Shown: in pieces, positions 11,413-20,773 of the stretch | Layout: every line of letters begins with the position of its first letter | How positions within the stretch are numbered: the stretch's first letter is position 1 | IMG/VR virus record: IMGVR_UViG_3300032123_000052 | Span: 32,001 to 96,000 of that record | Direction: 5' to 3' (one strand) | Source: a virus | Lineage: Duplodnaviria > Caudoviricetes | DNA length: 64,000 bases | Notes under the pieces: generated by a model | The model's input: the letters and a program-made list of their open reading frames with translations, nothing else | Databases searched by the model: none | What the model was told of the DNA's origin: nothing | Made by a program: the position numbers and the translations under genes

Positions 11413-12534
11413 ATGTCTTCTAACTTACGTTCGAAACCAATTGAAGGCCATGTTACAGACAGCGCCGGTAATGTTCTGAGAAACTCTCAGATAATTATAA
11501 AACAGGCAACCCCATCAGGCAGTATTGCCATGGGGTCGGTAAAGTCTGATGATGATGGGTATTTTCAATCAAAACCACTATCTAATGGTCAGTACGATAT
11601 TTATGAGTCTGGTGTTAGTATAGCAAGGATAGTACATACCGCCGACAGAAATTCAATTCAATGTTACAAACCAGGTGTTGATAATTATAATATCTCATTA
11701 ATACAGAATTTCATTGCTCTTGCAGAAGCCGACAATCCAACACTCAATAGTTTTAAATGGTTTCTACAAATCGAACCAGAAGAGCTTGATGTTTCTGTAT
11801 ATGGAAGTACGTTTCCTATTTATGATATAAACCTGTTGGCAATTACTGATGAAAATAATGAATATCATAATATAGCTGAATTTTTTAATTTCAATATCAA
11901 TTCAAGAATAACAACCACTCGATTTGATATAGAATACTTTGCTCCATTGACGGCATTATCAAAATTCTATAAGAGAATCAGATGGGCTGGTGTTCCTGCA
12001 TTAAGGTTTAGTGAAGACTCGAAACTTGTTGTGCCTTTGGATTATTTCTCCATTGTAGCGAGTTTGCCGAAGAATATATCGAATTACGATGCTGATATTA
12101 TTTTGATTTCAGAAGATATCAGTGTCGAAAAATTGGTGACAATTTCTGGAACACACGACGATTTCAAAAACCATGTTGATAATATAACCATTGGAGATGT
12201 TGTAAAACTGACCGCACATGGTTATGACATAGCCGCATCTCCAATAGGCCCGTTCTACCATTACGGAGTTGTGGTTGATGTCCAGCGCGACGCTACGTAC
12301 ACGATTACCCTTGAGAAATGGCTTTCATCTCGCTTTCTTTCTGATCTTGATTTTGATGATGTTAACAATGCATACGCAGCAAAAATAGAATCGTTTGATG
12401 GGATGTTCCAGGGAATTACCGATATTAGCGATGAGGCCAATGAGAGATTTACTTTAGTCGAAAATATCAATGCTCAGGATAATATTCCTGAATTGTATAA
12501 TTATAATAATCAAGGGCAGTTAAATCCTGCTTAA
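11413..12534 (+). CDS. Structural protein with N-terminal carboxypeptidase-regulatory-like (beta-sandwich) domain
   Basis: N-terminus GHVTDSAGNVLRNSQIII...SDDDGYF...GQYDI is typical of these beta-sandwich domains; strong RBS. Confidence 0.5.
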   Translation: MSSNLRSKPIEGHVTDSAGNVLRNSQIIIKQATPSGSIAMGSVKSDDDGYFQSKPLSNGQYDIYESGVSIARIVHTADRNSIQCYKPGVDNYNISLIQNFIALAEADNPTLNSFKWFLQIEPEELDVSVYGSTFPIYDINLLAITDENNEYHNIAEFFNFNINSRITTTRFDIEYFAPLTALSKFYKRIRWAGVPALRFSEDSKLVVPLDYFSIVASLPKNISNYDADIILISEDISVEKLVTISGTHDDFKNHVDNITIGDVVKLTAHGYDIAASPIGPFYHYGVVVDVQRDATYTITLEKWLSSRFLSDLDFDDVNNAYAAKIESFDGMFQGITDISDEANERFTLVENINAQDNIPELYNYNNQGQLNPA

Positions 12535-12564
12535 TCTTAATATGGTGGCCTTCAAGGAGGGTTA

Positions 12565-12975
12565 ATGGACAAAGCGGTTATTGACAACCTTACCCATGAA
12601 CAGCGGGTTAAGATGGCTGTTGCTTATCTTTTGCGGCATAAGGATGAACGACCGAAAGATCTTGATAAATTTTTTAAAAAACTCGAGACGTATGAAGAAT
12701 CTGCCAAAGCTACGAACATGGCTATAGGCAGAGGCAGAGAGGCTTTAGGCCATCTTGAGACAAAATTCTACCATCTGATGGGCTCAATTGATACATTGTC
12801 TGAATTGATTTCAGATGAATTAATCCTGGAAGCTGAGAATGATATTAAAGTGTGGTGCGAAAAATATCAACCACCAGCAACCTTGCCTAACATGGAACCA
12901 GGAATCGACATGACTGGAAATTCAAATATGCCTGCTAATGTTGATATGGCTGGATCAACTGCTTGTGCTCAATAG
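12565..12975 (+). CDS. Hypothetical helical protein
   Basis: 136 aa, AAGGAGG RBS. Confidence 0.6.
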   Translation: MDKAVIDNLTHEQRVKMAVAYLLRHKDERPKDLDKFFKKLETYEESAKATNMAIGRGREALGHLETKFYHLMGSIDTLSELISDELILEAENDIKVWCEKYQPPATLPNMEPGIDMTGNSNMPANVDMAGSTACAQ

Positions 12976-12988
12976 TAGGAGGAGAATC

Positions 12989-13837
12989 ATGAAAAGAGTA
13001 AATATAAGAGACGGGCTCAAACAGAGAATGAATGAAATTCTCGGAGGAGATTCTGGTGTAGAAGGTGATGTTCCTGGATTAACAGCCTGGTCTATTCAAG
13101 CGGCAATGGTCGACAATTTGAGAAGAATAAATGCGGCTCTTGTCGGCGATGTACAAGGAAGGCCGATGAGGGGTTTGTGGCTTACAAAAAATTCCGCATT
13201 ATCAATTGCCATATCTGCAGGATATGGCATTACTCCTACTGGTGATATTGTTGTAATCGCTACCGCAATAACATCTTCTGTCGATAGTGCTGATGGTGCG
13301 AAATATATATATTTACGACATAAGATGGCGGAGGTTGATGGCGACACTTATGCTGATGGAAAGAAAACTGGATTTATAGGAAAAGCTGGTACTCAAAATA
13401 TCGTTTATGATGATTTTGCAGCATCGAAGAAAAATACTGTTCAGAATTTCGTTAATGATATTTTAACAATAAGCTCAACGATAATTTCTGGAGATCCCGA
13501 TCTTGTTTATATAGGTAGTATTGTCGTGTCTGGTGCTGATATCACATCGGTCACAAATTCGACTTCACGCGGCCTTGCTCCTAATGACACTTCCGGTAGA
13601 TATAGATTGCCGGGAATACATGTTAATGGTGATTCTATGTTTGAAAATGAAGTTGACTTCCTCGCTGCCGTTGTCATGCAGGCAACGCTTCTTGTTCAAG
13701 GTAGAGCCACATTCGATGGCGGTATAACTGTTGATGGCGATTCCGGGGTCACTAACCTCGTTCTTGAAGTTGGTGATGGTAGCGGTGGGTCGAAATTGTT
13801 AAAATTTAAAGATGGGATATATATAGGTCCTGTATAA
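12989..13837 (+). CDS. Hypothetical tail/baseplate-associated protein
   Basis: ATG 12989 follows AGGAGGAG, preferred over the ORF-track start at 12938. Beta-rich, with a C-terminal extended strand region. Confidence 0.5.
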   Translation: MKRVNIRDGLKQRMNEILGGDSGVEGDVPGLTAWSIQAAMVDNLRRINAALVGDVQGRPMRGLWLTKNSALSIAISAGYGITPTGDIVVIATAITSSVDSADGAKYIYLRHKMAEVDGDTYADGKKTGFIGKAGTQNIVYDDFAASKKNTVQNFVNDILTISSTIISGDPDLVYIGSIVVSGADITSVTNSTSRGLAPNDTSGRYRLPGIHVNGDSMFENEVDFLAAVVMQATLLVQGRATFDGGITVDGDSGVTNLVLEVGDGSGGSKLLKFKDGIYIGPV

Positions 13838-13856
13838 ATAAAAAGAGGAGCGCGTT

Positions 13857-14690
13857 ATGCATTTCGCATTAAAAGGGAAATACCCAATTGAAACCGAGGA
13901 GCATGTAAAGACTGCGGTTGGTTATTTCGATAAGTATCTTGGCCGTTTTTCTCCTATGGATAGAGCCGCAGCTGCCACCAATATCGAAAAAAGGGCGGAG
14001 ATTCTCGGGGTTGATGTAAATAGGGATTGGATAACAAATTATTCCCGCATGCTTAAAAAAGAAGCGGAAATCTCTCCTGATTTTCAACGCAACATTCAGT
14101 TGAGGAAAGATGCTTGTCTTAAAGAAGGTATCAAAATGAGTGTTGGCGACAAAGAGGTGGATGCGATCCAGCTGCTTGACAAAGTTGCTTCATTAAATAC
14201 TGGTGACATTCATGGGATAGCAATCGTTAAAGCCCTTGAAGCATTTGATAAACTTGCCAATTTTGAGTACAGGTATGATAATGATATTATCGACCCAGTA
14301 TTAACAGTATTCGGAAGTTTAAGGGCTCCAGAATACGATGCTGAAAAAATTTCCGGCAATGTAACCGATTATGATCTGGTTAAAATGTCTCGAAATAATG
14401 ATGTGCTTGAGAAAGTGGCGAGTGCATTTACACAAGAAGTAGCAGATAATTTTAAAAAGAGTCCGGTTAAAACTGTTCAGAGTATGACGCATCCGGAACA
14501 AAGTCTTTTTCTTGAGAAAATATCAAAACTTGGTGAGGGTAAAGGTGTTGGTGGTCCAAAACAAATGGTTGGTGGCGCCAGCAAGTGTGTGTGTCCATCA
14601 TGTGGGAACACAGAGACACATAGTCGCGGAACACCTTGCGCTGATAAAAAGTGTCCAAAATGTGGCGCTAAAATGCAGGGAAAAAAATAA
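13857..14690 (+). CDS. Virion-associated protein with K-x-A/S motifs and C-terminal Cys-rich Zn-ribbon-like tail
   Basis: GAGGAG RBS; DKVAS, DKLAN, EKVAS, EKISK; tail CVCPSCGNTETHSRGTPCADKKCPKCG. Confidence 0.6.
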   Translation: MHFALKGKYPIETEEHVKTAVGYFDKYLGRFSPMDRAAAATNIEKRAEILGVDVNRDWITNYSRMLKKEAEISPDFQRNIQLRKDACLKEGIKMSVGDKEVDAIQLLDKVASLNTGDIHGIAIVKALEAFDKLANFEYRYDNDIIDPVLTVFGSLRAPEYDAEKISGNVTDYDLVKMSRNNDVLEKVASAFTQEVADNFKKSPVKTVQSMTHPEQSLFLEKISKLGEGKGVGGPKQMVGGASKCVCPSCGNTETHSRGTPCADKKCPKCGAKMQGKK

Positions 14691-14693
14691 AAA

Positions 14694-15425
14694 TTGAACA
14701 AGCTATCTGAGCAACTCAGGGATGCCATTCTTCTCGATAAGCCCGAGGAGGTAGAGCGTATCAAGAATGAGATCGAGCTACGTAAAATGGCTCGTCGGGA
14801 TCTTGTTACGCCTACAAAGATAAATACATTGCTCAATGACGAATCTGCTTCTGCAATTAAGATATATGACTTCCTTAACCGATCATTTGGTGCGGATTGG
14901 TGGGAGTGGGAAATTGAGACTATTGAGCAGCTTCTGTGGGTCAAATACGGCACCGTATTGGAAGATACCAACCGTGACAAGGTGTTGGCGATAAGGCACA
15001 CTTGCTTAAGCGACGGGGCGTTTGCTGATTGGTACGAATTCAATCAGGCCGCATTGGCTTTCTCGGGGAGCATTGCCGATTTTGAATTTTTAAAAAGCCC
15101 ATCTCCCGGTATGATTGTCAATGCTGTAAAAGCGCTTAATCATATTAGACCTGATTGCGAATCTTTTTTTAGCAATGAAGTAATTAAGTATATGTGTGTG
15201 GTATTAATAAATGAAGGGGTGTATACTCCTCCACCATCTCTAATCAGAATAATTAAAGACACAATGAAAAAGATGGTGTCAAGTTCTGAAAACTGGCTAT
15301 CTGTATTTAAAAGATATAATCAGTTTTCGAATAAAAGATATTCTGATGTGAAAGAGGATGTTGTTGATATTCAAGCGAAAAGAATTTTCAAAGCAGAAAA
15401 GTCTGCATTAGTTTATAATTTATAA
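14694..15425 (+). CDS. Hypothetical protein
   Basis: 243-aa ORF packed between neighbours. Confidence 0.55.
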   Translation: MNKLSEQLRDAILLDKPEEVERIKNEIELRKMARRDLVTPTKINTLLNDESASAIKIYDFLNRSFGADWWEWEIETIEQLLWVKYGTVLEDTNRDKVLAIRHTCLSDGAFADWYEFNQAALAFSGSIADFEFLKSPSPGMIVNAVKALNHIRPDCESFFSNEVIKYMCVVLINEGVYTPPPSLIRIIKDTMKKMVSSSENWLSVFKRYNQFSNKRYSDVKEDVVDIQAKRIFKAEKSALVYNL

Positions 15426-15441
15426 TAGAGGATGGTGCTAT

Positions 15442-15798
15442 ATGAATACACAAGAAATATATCAAGCTGCATTTGAAGATGAGCTTCAGAAAATTGCTGT
15501 AAAAGCTGAAGATGTTGAAGAGGGTTTGGGAACTGTTTTTACCAAACAGCAGGAACAAACTGCCAGGAAGTTGATTGACAAAGAAATAGCTAAGAGTTTT
15601 ATTCTTAGACACCCATTGTTAACTGGCATTCCAACACTTGGGTTGCTTCCTTACTCAGCGGGACAAATTGCCAAAACACAAACAACCAAAAGTCTTGCCA
15701 GACAATATCCTGAAATTAAAAAACTGTATGAGAAGAAAATAAGGGCTGAAAGGGCGGCTGAAACAGCCCAACATGTTGCTTACATTGGAAAAACATAA
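15442..15798 (+). CDS. AFxDELEKI-motif small protein
   Basis: Starts MNTQEIYQAAFEDELQKIA; short hydrophobic segment PLLTGIPTLGLLP. Confidence 0.6.
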   Translation: MNTQEIYQAAFEDELQKIAVKAEDVEEGLGTVFTKQQEQTARKLIDKEIAKSFILRHPLLTGIPTLGLLPYSAGQIAKTQTTKSLARQYPEIKKLYEKKIRAERAAETAQHVAYIGKT

Positions 15799-15858
15799 AT
15801 AAGTATATATAAAGATTTTAATAAATAAAAATTTATAATATTTTGAAGGGTTAACAAT

Positions 15859-17946
15859 ATGTCAAATGAAGCCCTACAAGGGCCCGGGGCATCCACATCT
15901 GGTAGTGGCAGTACAGGAAGTAACGTAAAAATTGCTTTTACCAGAGGTTCTTTAAAGTACGACAGCCCATTTATGGACATGACTAGCACGTTCATTCCTA
16001 AAAGTATTAAGGGCCTTCTCAGATTCATAGCGGCAAGTATTCTAAGTGACGGTTTTGTTTCACAATGTATTACGAAACTTTCTGAATACCCTATTACCAA
16101 ATTGATTTATAAGGAAGAAAAAGAGTCAGAAATAAAAAACGATAAAACTATCAAGAAGTGGAAAAATATACTTGAGAAGAAACTTAAAATAGTACGATCA
16201 ATGAAGCAGGCGGGGATGGACTATTATGGATATGGAAATTCTATTATCTCAATAAATTATCCATTTAAACGCTTCTTTATTTGTGGTGGTTGTGAGTATA
16301 AGTTCGCGGCAGACTCAATAAAATATAAGTTCAAAGATTATAAATTCTATGGAAAATGCCCCAAATGCGGCAAGGAAGACAGATTAAAAGCTCAGGATAA
16401 AAACACAAAAGAACTTGATAAATTCAATCTTATCCACTGGGACTTGCTGTACATAGATATTAAATATAATACTATCAGTGGAGACCATTTTTATTTCTAT
16501 AAAATACCCCCTCAAATGGAAGTCGCAATTAAACGAGGTGATCTTGATATAATAAACACTACTAGGCTTGAAATTATTCAAGCTGTAAAGAAAAAAAAAC
16601 CTCTCAAATTAATGGCTGATAATGTATTTCATTTAAAGAGAACTGGACCACAGTACCTTATTTCTTCTGAGCGTGGGTGGGGTATACCTGCAATCATGCC
16701 TGTAATGAAGGATATTTTCCATACCAAAATATTGAAAAAAGGAAATGAGATGATCGCATTTGATCATATCGTTCCTTTAAGGATTCTTTTTCCTCAAGGC
16801 ACTGGTGATATAAGTCCGCATGCCACTGTGAATCTTTCAGGGTGGAGAACGAAGATTGAGGATGAGATTAGGAAGTGGAAAGCTGATCCGAACTATATCT
16901 CCATAGTTCCCCTTCCTATTGGCCAGATTAACTTTAGCGGTGATGCGAAAGTTCTTTCTATCACACCTGAGTTAAAGGCTACTGAGGATACTATTATAAC
17001 CGGTATAGGTATTATACCAGAGATAATCCGCGGTGGTGCTTCATGGTCGGGAAGCAACGTTTCTCTCAGGGTTGTTGAAAACAGCTTTCTGAATCATCGA
17101 AACGATATGCATGACTATCTCGAATTTGTTGTCGAAAATATTGCAAGATATCTTGATCTTCCAGAAATAGATGTGAGAATGTCTGACTTTAAAATGGCTG
17201 ATGATTTGCAAAAGAAAAAGATGATAGTTGAAGCGGCTCTTGGACCAGCGTCAAAATCTCTTATGTCTAAAACTACAGTTACTAAAGAACTTGGTTTCGA
17301 TCCTGAACAGGAGTATGAGCTTAAGCTTAAAGAGCTAAAAAAGAATATTGAATTGACAATTGAGGAAATGGAGGGTGAGGCAACCGCCCAAGGGTCGGCA
17401 GCAGTGGTCAATTCTATGTACCAAGCAGACGCTCAAGCGGCTAATGCAGACAGGCTTGAGGTTCATGATAGAGAATCTCAGGGCAAGCGTGAAGAGATGG
17501 ATGTGCAGATGCATGAGGAAGGCGCTAATGCAATAGCCGATGAAGTAGCTATTGCGGCGCAGAAAAAAAATCTTGACCCACCTTCAATACCGATTCCAAA
17601 TCTTATTCTTATGCTTACTCAGAGGTTTGCAATAGCTGCTAAAACCAATCCTGACGAATTCAAAATGCGTATGTTGATAATGAAAAATACTACGCCAGCT
17701 CTTTATCAGGAGGTGTATAATAATCTTAAAGAATTAAATATTATTCAAGCTGATTTGACCCCAGATCTACAGGTTGCACAAAAAATGACCCCAGGTGAGC
17801 TTCCTGTGTATAACCAGGGGGACGTTGGGGCTGAATCGCCCCCAAGTGTCGCTGAGACCGGGCCGCCCCAAGGGTTCAATCAGCAGAAATATACTAAGCA
17901 ACTTCCGGAAGCAAAGCCACCAGTATCTCAGAACGCACCAATTTAA
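15859..17946 (+). CDS. Probable portal protein with CxxC...CxxC insertion
   Basis: 695 aa. GMDYYGYGNSII and VFHLKR...WGIPAIMP segments resemble portal stem/clip motifs; C-terminal coiled coil; virion-gene context. Confidence 0.55.
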   Translation: MSNEALQGPGASTSGSGSTGSNVKIAFTRGSLKYDSPFMDMTSTFIPKSIKGLLRFIAASILSDGFVSQCITKLSEYPITKLIYKEEKESEIKNDKTIKKWKNILEKKLKIVRSMKQAGMDYYGYGNSIISINYPFKRFFICGGCEYKFAADSIKYKFKDYKFYGKCPKCGKEDRLKAQDKNTKELDKFNLIHWDLLYIDIKYNTISGDHFYFYKIPPQMEVAIKRGDLDIINTTRLEIIQAVKKKKPLKLMADNVFHLKRTGPQYLISSERGWGIPAIMPVMKDIFHTKILKKGNEMIAFDHIVPLRILFPQGTGDISPHATVNLSGWRTKIEDEIRKWKADPNYISIVPLPIGQINFSGDAKVLSITPELKATEDTIITGIGIIPEIIRGGASWSGSNVSLRVVENSFLNHRNDMHDYLEFVVENIARYLDLPEIDVRMSDFKMADDLQKKKMIVEAALGPASKSLMSKTTVTKELGFDPEQEYELKLKELKKNIELTIEEMEGEATAQGSAAVVNSMYQADAQAANADRLEVHDRESQGKREEMDVQMHEEGANAIADEVAIAAQKKNLDPPSIPIPNLILMLTQRFAIAAKTNPDEFKMRMLIMKNTTPALYQEVYNNLKELNIIQADLTPDLQVAQKMTPGELPVYNQGDVGAESPPSVAETGPPQGFNQQKYTKQLPEAKPPVSQNAPI

Positions 17947-18070
17947 AGCCGCCAGGTACGAGCCACCCTAACCCTCGCCTGGGGCTCGCCTTGCCCGGTC
18001 TTTGGATCGGGCTTGTGCGTGATAGCTAAAAAAACTCATAGCTAAAAAGAATGGAGCCAAACGGCCCCAT
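17947..18070. terminator. Convergent terminator region: two + strand hairpins, ATAGCTAAAAA twice, and a - strand hairpin
   Basis: GCCCGGTC-TTTG-GATCGGGC; CGAGCC...GGCTCG; ATGGAGCC-AAAC-GGCCCCAT followed by T-tracts on the - strand. Confidence 0.6.
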
Positions 18071-18084
18071 CACGAATTTTCTGA

Positions 18085-18495
18085 TTATTTGTCAGTGTCA
18101 TCATATGGCACATATCCACCTTTTCCAAGCATATACTGCGAAAATTTATCTTCACTGTTAAAGTACATATGATAAGCAGTACGAATAACTGGAAGTCCAC
18201 CAATCCCTTTAAAAGCGAGTATTGTATTGGGATTCGCGAAATTAGGATTTATTATTATGAACAAGATTTTTCCTTTAACTCCTGTGTCAAAATTGATCCT
18301 GTTTGATGATTTGGTATCAATCACCACACGGCCTTTAAGGCCATCTTCTTTAACATCGTTACCGTTTGCATGATAAGCGCATTGAATAGTATCAATATCT
18401 TCCATATCAACTATGTCTTCACGCTCCTTATCATCAATATTCGAAAGTATCTTCAACATTGCTCCCATTAAATTATACATTCCTTTCCAAAACAA
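18085..18495 (-). CDS. Hypothetical protein downstream of the Ubl operon
   Basis: 136-aa ORF; start uncertain. Confidence 0.5.
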   Translation of the reverse strand: MFWKGMYNLMGAMLKILSNIDDKEREDIVDMEDIDTIQCAYHANGNDVKEDGLKGRVVIDTKSSNRINFDTGVKGKILFIIINPNFANPNTILAFKGIGGLPVIRTAYHMYFNSEDKFSQYMLGKGGYVPYDDTDK

Positions 18496-18498
18496 ATA

Positions 18499-18517
18499 CG
18501 GGGAGCAAAACTCCCCG
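18499..18517 (-). terminator. Intrinsic terminator after the di-Ubl gene
   Basis: CGGGGAG-TTTTG-CTCCCCG followed by TATTTGTTTT on the - strand. Confidence 0.6.
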
Positions 18518-18556
18518 CAACTGTAATTATTAAGAGATTAATACAATGGTTTAAGG

Positions 18557-19033
18557 CTAATTGCCTTTTACCTTTTGTGAAAGAATGATCCTTACAACAC
18601 CAGCCCCGTCAGTTGGACGGCTGACACATTCAGTCGGCTCAACTTTACGGGTACCGATACGGTATTCATAAGCATGGCTACCATCAGCGTGAGTAAAAGG
18701 TGCTCTTTTATCATCACCAAGCTGATTGATAATTTCCTGAATTGTCATACCGGGGGTGGCGGGAAGTTTCTCAATTCCGCCACCGGCGCCCATTCGAATT
18801 AAATTAACTTCAAAAGGCTCTTCAGCATTACCTTTGGTTTTCGTCCCGACGAAAATGCTTTGGCCGTTATGTAGCAGGGTGTTCTTTTGTACTTCAACAC
18901 CATGTACAGTAATGGTGCTATTTTCAGGGAGACTTACATCGAGTGCATCAAGTAATCCCTGAACAGTTGGATCGTCGGAAATCTCAGCATCGAGAATTTC
19001 CTTCCCCATCTGAATGAGTTTTACACAAATCAT
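18557..19033 (-). CDS. Tandem ubiquitin-like (beta-grasp) protein, two domains
   Basis: Two roughly 70-85 aa units (VKLIQMG...TVQGLL...; VNLIRMG...TIQEII...) ending GTKTKGN and SQKVKGN; adjacent to E1 and JAB genes. Confidence 0.75.
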   Translation of the reverse strand: MICVKLIQMGKEILDAEISDDPTVQGLLDALDVSLPENSTITVHGVEVQKNTLLHNGQSIFVGTKTKGNAEEPFEVNLIRMGAGGGIEKLPATPGMTIQEIINQLGDDKRAPFTHADGSHAYEYRIGTRKVEPTECVSRPTDGAGVVRIILSQKVKGN

Positions 19034-19058
19034 TTTAAAAACCTTTCATGGAAATTAG

Positions 19059-19829
19059 TTATTGGGTTAAATGCTGCTGAATGAACTGGGGCTCTTTCCC
19101 ATTAAACATTCTATAATAAAATGATTCAGGGTAAAGGGAAAAGTGAACCTCATTCCATAATTCATCAGGCTGATCTGGTTTTGCTTTTTTGTCGTCAGCC
19201 CCATACTTTCTATTGAAATGCTGCACAACCCTTCCGCATGCCAAGCTGGCAAGATATGTAGTGGTCGTGATTATTGATGCACTTGCTCCACATGCGGATG
19301 CGCTTGCCTCCTCATCGCTATATAGCGTTTCTTTCCATGCTGAGGCTTGGTCTCCATCGTGAGGATTGAATGCGTAAACTCGACCTTCACGCAACCCCAT
19401 CCGTGTCTCGATTACCAAGTCTGTATTAAAACTGAATCTTAAACATTTTTCAAATATTTCTTTTCTTGATGCCATGGTATCGGTAAGAATGAAAACGTAA
19501 GTAGACTGGACGCTTTTTTGATCTGTCACCATCTCTTTATGCGTTTCAATCTCAAAATTACACTTACGCTTTATAATCTCATTAAGAGCCTCAACCTTAG
19601 ATTTACCAACCTGTGAAGGTTCATAAATCTGATTACACAAGTTGTGTTCTTCAATAACATCATCATCAAAAACTTTTATTATTCCCTGTTCATGCGCCGC
19701 ATTGCCCCAACCAAGCTGGGCAAGATACAACGCGACATGGCTTCCAGTAGCTCCGACCCCAATTATCGAAATACTTTTTTTTTTTATATCTTTTGGGTCC
19801 AACAACCCCAATTGTCTTAGATATTCCAT
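19059..19829 (-). CDS. ThiF/MoeB/E1-like adenylating enzyme
   Basis: YLRQ, IIGVGATGS (GxGxxG), DDDVIEEHNLCNQ, KVEAL, TDTMASR; candidate catalytic Cys in SACG. Confidence 0.9.
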   Translation of the reverse strand: MEYLRQLGLLDPKDIKKKSISIIGVGATGSHVALYLAQLGWGNAAHEQGIIKVFDDDVIEEHNLCNQIYEPSQVGKSKVEALNEIIKRKCNFEIETHKEMVTDQKSVQSTYVFILTDTMASRKEIFEKCLRFSFNTDLVIETRMGLREGRVYAFNPHDGDQASAWKETLYSDEEASASACGASASIITTTTYLASLACGRVVQHFNRKYGADDKKAKPDQPDELWNEVHFSLYPESFYYRMFNGKEPQFIQQHLTQ

Positions 19830-20773
19830 TATTCCACAAAGCCTCCTCCATAGAAATCATCGACCTCTTGATCAACTTCATCTAACAATGACGCAACTTC
19901 TTGTGCGTTGAGGCTAGGCTTATTAGTTACTTTGGATGTTTTGTTTGGAAGGAAATTAATCTGCTTTCCGTACTGCCTGAATTTTCCCTCTGTGTACCGA
20001 ACCCTATCCTTATAGTCAGTTGTTTTGTAGGCGGTATATTCTTTATTTTTAGGTATATTGGCTTTCTTCAGCTCTTTTACCTTTTTCTTTATTTGACCTA
20101 TCTCATCGTCGTTTGAGAATATTTTTGAAATTTCGACACTTTGGTCATAGGAATTTTCTTCAGTGCTTGCTTCTGCGAGCACCTCTCGAACTTCATTCAT
20201 TTTTTCAACTAATGAAGCCGCTGTGTTTTCGTCCTCAGCTTCCCATTTGATATTATCAAATCGAACCTGATTCTCATGGTCAAAAAATGATATACTTATT
20301 TCATCACCACTGCAAATGGCTCTGATCAAGTAAGCACCAGTAGAATTCATTCTTTCTATTGCCTGGTTTTCATCCTGTGACGACGGACTTGTCGCCCTCA
20401 CCCCTGGGTGTTTGTGTCCCCAAAATCTTATCCTCTGGATATCATCAAGCTTCTCCTTTTCGATAAGATATTCCATAATACTGTGTTCACCTTCTGGGGA
20501 TATTTCACACGTTCCACCATCGGCAGCGTCGTGTTTTGGGTAGAATACATCACGAATATAGAACTCGTATTCTCCTATTTCATCAACAACTGCGTAAAAC
20601 CCAACCTCGGTAGTGTGCTCATCCATTAGCACTCTAATCCATTTGAGAGCTGTTGCGCTGAACACTATTTTCGGAGGCTTTTTATTAGCAAGGGTAAGCA
20701 TTCTGTATGTTGTTTTCCGGTTATCCGGCTTGAAGTTCATATTATTACTGATTCTCCGCAGTCTGATGAGCAT
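19829..20773 (-). CDS. JAB/MPN+ (JAMM) metalloprotease, putative deubiquitinase-like
   Basis: EVGFY ... WGHKHPGVRATSPSSQD matches the JAMM signature E...HxH...SxxD. Confidence 0.85.
   Translation of the reverse strand: MLIRLRRISNNMNFKPDNRKTTYRMLTLANKKPPKIVFSATALKWIRVLMDEHTTEVGFYAVVDEIGEYEFYIRDVFYPKHDAADGGTCEISPEGEHSIMEYLIEKEKLDDIQRIRFWGHKHPGVRATSPSSQDENQAIERMNSTGAYLIRAICSGDEISISFFDHENQVRFDNIKWEAEDENTAASLVEKMNEVREVLAEASTEENSYDQSVEISKIFSNDDEIGQIKKKVKELKKANIPKNKEYTAYKTTDYKDRVRYTEGKFRQYGKQINFLPNKTSKVTNKPSLNAQEVASLLDEVDQEVDDFYGGGFVE

Noticed and set aside
14477-15043. 188-aa - strand ORF (similar cases at 52463-52993, 43815-44249, 22055-22603)
   Set aside because: Fully overlap better-supported genes on the opposite strand.
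17947-18020. A sixth retron-like unit after the portal
   Set aside because: GC-rich hairpins are present, but there is no G.G-closed terminal repeat or YG-WUU-CR triloop; treated as terminator structure.
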